Shown in pieces: positions 13,633-23,551 of a stretch of DNA of 64,000 nt. How positions within the stretch are numbered: position 1 is the first letter of the stretch; the number at the start of each line of letters is the position of its first letter. The notes below the pieces were generated by a model that had not been told where the DNA came from, did no database searches, and saw only the letters and a list, made by a program, of their open reading frames with translations. The DNA lies in the NCBI GenBank assembly GCA_032718475.1, contig JAUCBJ010000065.1:1-64000 (forward strand), given 5' to 3'. The translations under genes and the position numbers were made by a program. The DNA comes from Nemertoderma westbladi (taxonomy: Eukaryota; Animalia; Xenacoelomorpha).

Positions 13633-13831
13633 TTACTGAAAGTAAAATCAGGTTTGAGTTTAAGTGTGCCAAGATAGTTCGAGAGGTTAGTATATGATCT
13701 ACAAGATAAGTTTGGAGAATAATACCTTCTTTTGATCTAAAACGATATGACAACTTTGGACCACTTGTGAGAGCAGAGTTGTTGGTTGTTTCTAAATCAA
13801 CTATATGATTCTTAATGAGGGGGTAAAACAT
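11954..13831 (-). CDS. RTE reverse transcriptase ORF (625 aa); the first ~65 aa are read-through from the host LINE endonuclease
   Basis: ORF track plus the motifs above. The junction is at the TSD 13633-13644. Confidence 0.85.
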   Translation of the reverse strand: MFYPLIKNHIVDLETTNNSALTSGPKLSYRFRSKEGIILQTYLVDHILTSRTILAHLNSNLILLSVKPPADRLNGWKAHFEKLLNNDRVLPDNFIEVKVSESVLPDIPIGDISFAEVKAAAKSIKTNRASGVDGVPPEVFKIPECLKLIYPIIVDMYRTTRVPQEMKTNKLVPVPKKGNLTLYGSFRGISLISIAAKLYNRILLNRIRDPIERLLRGNQNGFRKGRGTMEPILALRRIIEELSKKKDRHLAVIFVDFFKAFDSVSRSRMFIILSLYGIPDEIIAAIRSVYDGSTTFVSTVDGDTEPFEVLWGVLQGDTLAPFLFIIVVDYVLRMSLDHHNDDGVMITPPTGSRSRGNPAKYLTDLDFADDLGVLSESLEGAQRLLSSLEHAASSVGLFINSRKTKILTVNFESPQQVSDRMSISSKDGMLEHVDDFCYLGSWIRKSGEDLRIRKGKAWAALNRLSRIWKSPRINRKLKVRLFRAAVVPVLLYGSPCWALTAEDTKSLDGTFTRMLRRVHCVKYNAHISNQTLYNIGGVSLVPPSLTLEQNRLRFAGHCFRREDQPVHNLVLWQPHGVNKHGGQPMTFLRRILKDTGLKDADDLANVMGDRELWRRNFVDKPAQHS

Positions 13832-14199
13832 ATTTCTTACCTTTGGTAAGTGCGTGTTTCTTCCGGCGGAAATATCGCAATTAGTGTCATCTGCTATTAT
13901 AGTTACATCCCCTGCATCTGTAGAATCATGGAGAAGAACTGAAAGTGAGGCCGTAAGTGAAAAATGCCTTCAGGTATTTGGTCTTATCATCTTCATTACA
14001 ACATACTGAAGGGATGTAGGTGTAGGTCCCTTGATGTTGACAGCAACAATACGATCTGAATCACTTTGATCCTGCTAATGTTACTAATAAGGCAATCTTT
14101 AATTAACATGGCCACTCCGCCCTCACCTCTTACTCTGGGTTTTAACTCAATCATCCCATTGGCAATTGAGTAAAAACAAGATAAGTCATTCATTAAGTG

Positions 14200-14469
14200 C
14201 GATGTGGGACAATTCAGTCCCGGACCATTCGGTCCCGGCTACTTCGGTCCCGGAAAATTCGGTCTGGACATTTCGGTCTCGGACAATTCGGTACCAAAAC
14301 ACTAAATAAATGGGACCTAATTGTCCGGGACCGAATTGTCTGGAACCGAATTGTCCGGGACCGAATTGTCCTAGGACCGAATTGTCCGGGACCGAATTGT
14401 CCGGGACCGAATTGTCCGGAACCGAATTGTCCAGGACCGAATTTTCCGGGACCGAATTGTCCTGCTTCC
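14200..14469. mobile_element. MULE/Mutator-like foldback MITE built from 15-bp repeats
   Basis: 9-bp TSD CATTAAGTG at 14191-14199 and 14470-14478. GGACAATTCGGTCCC units on the left are inverted to GGACCGAATTGTCC units on the right. Confidence 0.85.
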
Positions 14470-14662
14470 CATTAAGTGACGTTAATTAAAGAAAAAGGCA
14501 GTTTCACGTGGGCCAAGCCGATGTTCTTGGTTTACCAGAATGTCGGGAGATGAGGATTTTATTTATTAGGTGCTCAATATATGATTTTGATTGCAGAAAG
14601 GCATGACAGTTATATGTCATTACAGATAGGGGTAAAGTGCCACCATTATATATTGATTCATC

Positions 14663-14800
14663 CCGACTGGCCGACTGGCCGACTGGCCGACTGGCCGACT
14701 GGCCGACTGGCCGACTGGCCGACTGGCCGACTGGCCGACTGGCCGACTGGCCGACTGGCCGACTGGCCGACTGGCTGACTGGATGACTGGCTGACTGGCT
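14663..14800. repeat. (GACTGGCC)n octamer microsatellite
   Basis: Directly visible, ~14 perfect units. Confidence 0.95.
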
Positions 14801-15211
14801 GAAAAATAACAGCTGGTGTTCATGATGAAATATGGCTTAATATGTTATACACAGTCATAGTAAAACGTGTTGGTTGCCAAGTTTTACTAGTAGGCTATAA
14901 GGAAAGGCAATGTTTACTCACACATAAGCTGTTGGTTTCTAATGTATTACGCCATAAGCTGATTTTTCTCCCAGTGCATAATGAAATTATTTGCTTCATA
15001 TTATATTTTTGTTAGTGGTAGCTAAGTTGCATTTTTTATTATGTGGGGCGAGCCACAAAGTCAGCTAGCCTCACGCCTTGCAGTTTAGACAATTGTTAGA
15101 CAATTGACAGTCAGTTTACTTACTGCTGACTGACATACAGTTGTCCTTTGTAATAGTCTTGGCTAGGCTCCTTCCAGCCAGCTTGCTGGCTTTCTAGTAT
15201 ATCATCTTGAA

Positions 15212-15518
15212 TAAAGACATTAGAATTATAGCGATTTGCGTCTCAAAATTGATGAAATTTAAAACGGTTTTCAGATTCACAACCTGCAGATGAAGGTGGT
15301 TCTAATGGTATCTAGATTAAATTTAAAAGACGAAAAATATAGCCGACGGAGGTGGCTAATATTGCTAAAAAAAAAGGCGTTTTTGTATCAAAATATCTAA
15401 GAAATTGAAAAAACCGGCTCTGCCACCAGTAAGAAAAGTTGTCGAACTATTTTCATGCCGAATTCGTAGCATATGATTGAATTTCGAAAATAACGACTTG
15501 CTATAAATGGTTAAGGGA
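15212..15518. mobile_element. Single-arm fragment of the foldback MITE family at 26813-27745
   Basis: AGAATTATAGCGATTT..CGGTTTTCAGATTC..GACGGAGGTGG..CGAATT(T)CGTAGCAT aligns with 27367-27660. Confidence 0.7.
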
Positions 15519-16340
15519 GATCGTGAATTGCTATTTGAGGATGGAATAATGCACTGCAAAATGTACAAAACATCGCGTACACTCCACTAACGGCAAAGAT
15601 ACCACAGCCGACAGGAAGCATCACGACTGCCATTATAAATGCAATAAGCAGCTGGTATATGGAAGAGGACCTACTATCAGAAAAGGCCCAAGGGACCAAC
15701 CGAATACTAATTACAGCTTTTCTAACTACTCCAATATATACATCCACAGTATGGCAGTTATTGATGAATTGCTGTAAGAGTTTAAGACGCAATTGATCGA
15801 AATTCTCGGTAAATTGGATAGAATTAACCATTAACAAGGCCTTATTATTGATTGTGCTGAAGGGTGTGAATGGGTGAACATACTCGCCTAATTATATGTA
15901 CTAAGACTCAATTTGAACAATATAAATTATATTAATTACACAAAAAAGCAGATCATTTTCACTTTGCTCGAGATATTATACGTCAGCCGTGCAAGAAGAC
16001 CGCTCACAATACACTCTGACTCTCCCCTACAAGAGCCACAATAGGCCTAACATTCCTCACATCACATCACGGCGCAGTACAGTATATACAATAGTATTGT
16101 GAATTTTTTAGTCCCTTTTCACCATGGCAACAGGAGGTAATTTCCAAAATGTCTATTGGCCCTGCATAATTGAAAGCTATGCCCCACAACACCCCCGTCT
16201 CACTAAACCGCCATCAGATAATCCATCGAGGTAGGCTTTAGAATCCGGTTACCAGGGAACTGCTCGAAATATCACTTCAAATCCCCTTTTTACTGCTAAT
16301 TTCTATGATTTTTGCAAATATCAAATGTAGTATTCAAAAG

Positions 16341-17253
16341 TGCATTCAAAAATGGATACCATCTGGAAATCAGATCTCTCCAGGCACCTGAAGACTAAGT
16401 TCTTTCGAGCCACATTGGAAAGTGTATTTTTATATGGGGGTGAGACCTGGACACTGACTAAATCACTTGAACAACGAATTGATGGTTGCTACAAAAGACT
16501 ACTAAGGGCAGCCCTAAACATCAGCTGGAGACATATATATATTATTATCTACTATAAAATGGCAGTCACAGCACCAAGTAACTATTAACAGCATAGTAAC
16601 ACAAAATTTTATAGTCCAGCTAAACATGTTGATAGATATAATCATACGTAGTATATAAGTAATATATAAGTAAATAATTAACTATAGCACATGATTGAGT
16701 GTTTTAATGATGTTATTGTTAGTAAAGTGATGTCCGTAATTAATCTAAATAGTAATTAAGTAAATAGCATATTAAGTACCGGAAATCAGATCTCCTCAGG
16801 CACCTGAAGACTAAGTTCTTTGGAGCAACAGTGGAAAATGTATTTTTATACGGGGGTGAGACCTGGACACTGACTAAATCACTTGAACAACGAATTGATG
16901 GTTGCTACACAAGACTACTAAGAGCAGCCCTAAAGAACAGCTGGAGACAACACATGACAAACGCCGAACTTTATGGTACAATACCACCTGTATCAACCAC
17001 CCTGCGTGAACGCAGATTAAGATTCAGTGGGCACTGCTGGCGAAGTAAAGACGAGGTCATACCAGATCTACTTCTCTGGCAACCAACTCATGGAAAGCGT
17101 AGTCGTGGACGACCGGTCATAACATGTATAGATCAACTTCAAAGGGATACTGAACTTGGGAGAAACGAAATTGCGACAACTATGGAGAATCAGGAAGCCT
17201 GGAAGGATCTCATTTCCACTGTCCGAATTCGCTCGACCTAGTAGTAGTAGTAG
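16341..17253 (+). mobile_element. Severely 5'-truncated RTE element (RT C-terminus) with an internal duplication
   Basis: 30-bp TSD TTTGCAAATATCAAATGTAGTATTCAAAAG at 16311-16340 and 17254-17283, and a (TAG)5 tail. Protein motifs FLYGGETWTLT, RLRFSGHCWR, LLLWQP, GRP. Confidence 0.9.
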
Positions 17254-18954
17254 TTTGCAAATATCAAATGTAGTATTCAAAAGCATTACCAAACATATTC
17301 GCACATAGACCCCTTAAAAAATATATTTAGGGTCAACTACCTTAAATTTGCTAACCCTAGACAATTATAAATCCCTACCGTTGAGGCCTTTTCTTGTAAG
17401 TAAGAATATCCTTCAGAAACAGTTGATATGTGGGGCGAGCCACGAAGTTGGCGGAGCCTTAGCGAACTGACTCTGTTAGGGGGGGATTCGTCAATAATGT
17501 CAAATAGTTGTCGTCGTCGAATCGATTTTGACCTGTTAATAAATTTGTAGGATTTAAAGCTGTCAGTGGAAATATTTTAGGCATAAGTAAGACCAGAAGT
17601 TGAGATATTTTATGACTTTAAGCCACCATTAGTTAAACTGTCTTTCTAATCTATTTTTCGCGCCTTCGTAGGCAAAACAACAAAAAATAAGTTCCCTCGT
17701 GATTCTAATTTATAAAGCAATAATTACAACATAATTATTCCCCACCCCTTCCCTCACCTCAATATACCCTTGCCATATAATGGACGCCATATAATATAAC
17801 GCCAATACACCCAATACCACGGCCTCCCCTAACCGGTCACCTTTCATTCACCTATAAACCCCTCCAAGTCAACCGCATTCCAATATTACCAGCCTCCCCT
17901 CTGATAAACCACTACCCAATGAGGGACCTTTCTCTGTGTAATGACTCATTCTTTCTTCTTGCAATTAACCCCTTGCCCAGATAAATCCAGGGAATACTTC
18001 TGTATCCAATATAACTAACTCAATGAGATATAGTTGCAGTAAACGTTTATTGGTCAGTTTGAAACTAGTCAATATCAATTATGTTTGACATGTGGATAAC
18101 ATAACCTTTGGACAGGAAGATAACTCCTTTAGCAGGTGATAATTGGGGGTAAACTCCACATTGACCCCTGATACCGGGTTTATAAGGGCCAGTTTCATAC
18201 GAATTAAACAGTCAATATCATCAGACCTTGTAGATGGCTCTGTTTCTCCCCATTACCACCTCTGTGGTGTTTGGGCTTGTGGGTAAGGCTCACGCTGAGA
18301 ACTGAGTTTGGCCGACCAGCCCAGGAGCGCTAGCGCACTGTGCCGGCTGGCTACTCAGTTCGTCCCAGGATCAACGGTTTAGTCGTGAGGATAAGGTAGC
18401 AGCATCTTCCCGGGTTTTGACTCTGTCAGAATACGATAGTGCTTACGCATCCTGCCCGTAGTCTTAGTGAGGCGACCTCAGTTAAACCTCTAAGTCATAG
18501 GACAAAGAAGCATCTAACCATGTGTATCCAATCGGCACCACCCCCGTTTGATCCCAGACGGTGACCTTGTGTTTTGACACTATCGCCAAGTTCCAATAGC
18601 GTGAAGCTGCACCAAGTTTATTACGACAACATTTTAGACTGTGTTTCTATTGAACCTTTTTCAGAGTATTTTAGCATAACGAAACGACTAAAATACTGTA
18701 TTTTATGTATTATTTTTCTGTTACAATTTTTTGGATTGTATTATTTTTCGTGGCTATAATTTGGATCCTAACGGACCCAAAGCACCCCTCACCCGGTTTC
18801 TCTTTTTCCCTCTTCCCAGAGGTTTTTCAATGGTGTTACATAGCGTACACTATTTTTATACCAGAGAAGGAAGCAATATAACATCTGGAGGAAACATAAA
18901 TCATTGTGTTTTAGTATTATCTTGAAAGGGTTGTGGATGTCCGTAAATAACAAG

Positions 18955-21489
18955 GGTAATGGTGAAAAATATCGAGACTTGAATAATATCGAGAGTAAAA
19001 ATAACGAGAGTAAAAATATCGAGAGTAAAAATATCGAGAGTAAAAATAACGAGAGTAAAAATATCGAGAGTAAAAATAACGAGTGTTGAAAATTAACGTG
19101 ATTAAAAAATATCGAGAGTAAAAATAACACGAGATGAAAAATATCGAAAATAACGAGTGTTGAAAAATATCGAGTGTTGAAAAATATCGAGAGTAAAAAT
19201 ATCGAGTGTTGAAAAATATCGAGAGTAAAAATATCGAGTGTTGAAAAATATCGAGAGTAAAAATATCGAGTGTTGAAAAATATCGAGAGTAAAAATATCG
19301 AGTGTTGAAAAATATCGAGTGTTGAAAAATATCGAGAGTAAAAATATCGAGTGTTGAAAAATATCGAGTGTTGAAAAATATCGCGAGTAAAAATATCGAG
19401 AGTAAAAATATCGAGTGTTGAAAAATATCGAGAGTAAAAATATCGAGAGTAAAAATATCGAGTGTTGAAAAATATCGAGAGTAAAAATATCGAGAGTAAA
19501 AATATCGAGTGTTGAAAAATATCGAGAGTAAAAATATCGAGAGTAAAAATATCGAGAGTAAAAATATCGAGTGTTGAAAAATATCGAGTGTTGAAAAATA
19601 TCGAGTGTTGAAAAATATCGAGAGTAAAAATATCGAGTGTTGAAAAATATCGAGAGTAAAAATATCGCGTGTTGAAAAATATCGAGATAGAAATATTGCA
19701 TTTTACTTGAGCATTTTATTTAGAATTATGGAACAATATTGCAGTGCATGGGATACAACAGTGCAAGTGCAAGTGAAATGGCATTATGTAATACACCTTG
19801 GGTGCCCATTTACCAGATTTATTATACTAGCTAGTTTTTGCTATTTTTTTAATAAAGGCCTGTTTACACGTGGCAACTTTTAGAGCAACTTTCTCGGCAA
19901 CTAGCAACTTTTTTTAGAACAACTTAATTTAATCGCTGTTTACACGTGGCAACTTTACCAGCAACTGTACCAGCAACTTGGCCGGCAACTTTTATAGCAA
20001 CTTGGCTAGTTTGACTGTAAAATAGGGGTCATTTTATTTACTAGCTAGTTTGATAAATAAATCTGATTATCCCGCTTTACTTCGCCAACGCAAATTCCTT
20101 CAAGTTGCCGTAAAAGTTGAGCTACTTTTACAGCAACTTTTTTGCGTGTTTACACGGAGCAACTTGATCGGCAACCTGGGTTGCTCTACAAGTTGCCGAG
20201 AAAGTTGCTCTAAAAGTTGCCACGTGTAAACAGGCCTTAAATATTAAAAAAGAAGTGCTAGCTATAAATTTTGATAAATATTATAAATATTGTTAAATAT
20301 TATATTATAACACGTACCTTATAAGCTACCAAATGTTGATAAATATTGTTGTTCTAGAACATTTTTTGTAAAAAAATTATCATACAACCCTTATTTAAAA
20401 AAATTGTTACTACCGATATTTTTACTCTCGATATTTTTCAACATTCTATATTTTTCAACACTCGATATTTTTACTCTCGATATTTTTCAACACTCGATAT
20501 TTTTCAACACTTGATATTTTTCAACACTCGATATTTTTCAACACTCATATTTTTCAACACTCGATATTTTTCAACACTCGATATTTTTACTCTCGATATT
20601 TTTCAACACTCGATATTTTTACTCTCGATATTTTTCAACACTCGATATTTTTACTCTCGATATTTTTCAACACTCGATATTTTTACTCTCGATATTTTTC
20701 AACACTCGATATTTTTACTCTCGATATTTTTACTCTCGATATTTTTCAACACTCGATATTTTTACTCTCAATATTTTTCAACACTCGATATTTTTACTCT
20801 CGATATTTTTCAACACTCGATATTTTTACTCTCGATATTTTTACTCTCGATATTTTTCAACACTCGGTATTTTTACTCTCGATATTTTTACCCTCGATAT
20901 TTTTACTCTCGATATTTTTTGAACTCTCGATATTATCGTTATTTTTCAACACTCGATGTTTTTACTCTCGATATTTTTCAACACTCGATATTTTTACTCT
21001 CGATATTTTTACTCTCGATATTTTTCAACACTCGATATTTTTACTCTCGATATTTTTCAACACTCGATATTTTTACTCTCGATATTTTTCAACACTCGAT
21101 ATTTTTACTCTCGGTATTTTTCAACACTCGATATTTTTACTCTCGATATTTTTACTCTCGATATTTTTCAACACTCGATATTTTTACTCTCGATATTTTT
21201 ACTCTCGATATTTTTCAACACTCGATATTTTTACTCTCGATATTTTTCAACACTCGGTATTTTTACTCTCGATATTTTTACTCTCGATATTTTTCAACAC
21301 TCGATATTTTTACTCTCGATATTTTTCAACACTCGGTATTTTTACTCTCGATATTTTTACCCTCGATATTTTTACTCTCGATATTTTTTGAACTCTCGAT
21401 ATTATCGTTATTTTTCAACACTCGATGTTTTTACTCGCGTTATTTTTACTCTCGATATTTTTCATGTCTCGATATTTTTCAATATAACC
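18955..21489. mobile_element. Foldback (MULE-like) DNA element whose arms are arrays of 15/16-bp units
   Basis: 8-bp TSD ATAACAAG at 18947-18954 and 21490-21497. Termini GGTAATGGTGAAAAATATCGAGAC / GTCTCGATATTTTTCAATATAACC. The arrays at 18965-19687 and 20413-21480 are reverse complements of each other. Confidence 0.88.
19856..20237. mobile_element. PIF/Harbinger (Tourist-like) MITE nested in the foldback element
   Basis: TIR AGGCCTGTTTACACGTGGCAACTTTTAGAGCAACTTTCTCGGCAACT is perfect at both ends; TAA TSD at 19853-55 and 20238-40. Confidence 0.9.
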
Positions 21490-23551
21490 ATAACAAGTCA
21501 TTGAAGGACCGTGTATTATTGCGGGCTATTAGTCAGTCTTAGTCATATAGTCAGTCAGTACAGTCTATAGTCAGTCTTGATACCGAAAACCACAACAGTA
21601 AGGAAAGTGTATTAGCACTTTTGGAACCTTTTAGAGATACAAAGCTGTATTTGGAGCTTTTCTTGCCAGAGGCACTCTAATTATTAAATGTCCTGTGATT
21701 TCTTTGCTTTTAATTCCGTCTTAATTCCGTCTCAGTTTTATTATCCATTCAATCTGAAACTTGTCAGATGTGTGCAAGAACACATTCTGCGTCTTTCTGA
21801 TGAAGGTGCTTCATTTGTAGTTATCCTCTCTGCCGCTAGATGGCGAAATTTCTGAAAGTGAAAACCTTCACTCATTTTGTTATTTGTTAACATTTCAAGC
21901 TAAAACTTAGTAGATATACATTCTAGACCGTAAACCATCAACAGGCTGCATCTTTGTTGGGACGGTAATCGCTCGTCAATTCTCCAGTCTACCGCTAGTG
22001 GGCTGAAATGAAAACATTTTATAAACTTCTGGAATTAAAACCTTCAGCCATTTCGTCATATTGTTTATAAGCCTTTCTTCCTGGTTGATACCTGGTACAT
22101 GCAGTATATTCTAGACCTCAGACTGATGAATTTATACGAGGTCTTAAATCGACTGCATTTACCCAGTCTGCTTCTGGATGATAAGGTGATTCTGGGGAAA
22201 TCTGCTTAGATTTTGCTTTTATTTCTTTCGAGTTGACAGGTTATAAGGTGGTATCACGTGCCTGCTCGAATGCCCCACTTCGTGTACTTCAAATGCAGAT
22301 CAATATGTAACATAGTATGAACAAAGAGTTAATTAGCATTGAAGGGAAAGGAGTAGGCATGTTATTTATAACTGTATTACTTATAATATTGAAAATAACG
22401 ATAAATTATTTTAAAATTGATAAAATACACTACAAAATGTTTCGAATCCATTGGTTTTTTTTACGTCTCTGTATTAGCTAAAGACTTGTCAATTGTGCCT
22501 ATTCTCATGTTTCACCACTACCTGAAATTATCGCAATAACGCTATTGTTCAAAAACTTAACCCAACCCAAACGTATCCATAGCTCAAAACTCAACCTAAC
22601 CCACGACCTAACCCTAACCCAACCCGATCCCAAGCTAACCATAATACAATGGGTTTAATCGTTATTGTCAGTCTTTGTAACCTTCAGTTGAAGAAAACCT
22701 GCAGCACTTTGCAAAAAAAGATGGAAATCAACTTAAAATTGACATCTAATCTTGTTCCGAACCCGGTCTTCTAATTCGACCCTAGGTGGTGGTGCCCCAG
22801 GGGGGGGGAGTGCTCACACAGTTCAGTTCAGTGTCCCTAGCTGTTATCTATCTAAACGCTCGAATTGTCACAGTTACATAATTGTCATTCGTTGACCAAT
22901 GCCGAGAGCAGGTAAGATGCGCACCTACTTACACCTCCGCTCAACATCAGTCAATTTTCAGGCTCAGTTACGCGAACTTTAAGCCTAACGAATACCCCGG
23001 CATCCCTCAGTAATGCATTCAGGCCTCTCTATCTGTTCAGTGGGTGTGAACAATGACGCCCGTGCCTGAACAGTTAATTGTTTGCGTAGAATCTTTTGCA
23101 TAAATATATCAGCCTCTAAGAAAAAAGAATAATATGCTTACAAAATAAATGTTATCATTATATTACCCATGTCCTGGAATATAGGGTCGTAAATCACTGG
23201 CTTGCCAACAACGCCCTTTATAAATGGCCTTGATAAATGTTAGAAAAAACTAGCTATTATAAAAATATTTGGGGTGTCCGAGCAGATAACGTGCAGATAA
23301 TATTTATCATAATTGTGACAATGTGTCAAGGAAATTGTGGCAATGTACAGGTGAAAGGGTGATTGAGGAATCAGCCTCAATTTTTATTCCTAAAATAATG
23401 TTAATGTAGTTAATTAAAAAATTATGATATATGAATTTTGGTACTTCTTATATTTTCTATTCGATTATGGCAATTTCACTATTATACGACTATATTATTC
23501 TTATTTCTTACATCCACACTCTACAATTATTTAAGATGATGCACATCTATC

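Larger units (their letters stand above)
10114..14650 (-). mobile_element. Decayed APE-type LINE ORF2 (endonuclease plus RT) interrupted by an RTE insertion and a MITE
   Basis: Endonuclease motifs appear in order on the minus strand: SVMTYNCH (~14600-14620), PDILVNQEHRL (~14520-14550), RGEGGVAMLIK (~14100-14130), IIADDTNC (~13880-13900), LVDHILTS (~13690-13705), then past the insertion NPSDHTPI (~11880-11900), followed by RT motifs at 10830-11340. Many stops and frameshifts. Confidence 0.8.

Noticed and set aside
14197-14823. ORFs reading GPNCP.., LADWPTGR.. and SASRPVGQ..
   Set aside because: Products of MITE and microsatellite repeats.
18186-18240. Minus-strand CTGATGA...GAAA hammerhead-like cores
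   Set aside because: Stem II does not close next to the core, and neither type I nor type III stems pair properly.
18789-21542. Long ORFs of up to 343 aa (FFNTRYFYSRYF...)
   Set aside because: Translations of 15/16-bp tandem repeats that lack stops in some frames.
21831-21848. CTCF-like motif TGCCGCTAGATGGCG
   Set aside because: A single short match with no supporting evidence, and such motifs also occur in transposon remnants.
22555-22640. Telomeric repeat (CCTAACCCTAACCC)
   Set aside because: Only about two degenerate units at an internal position; more likely a repeat-element remnant.
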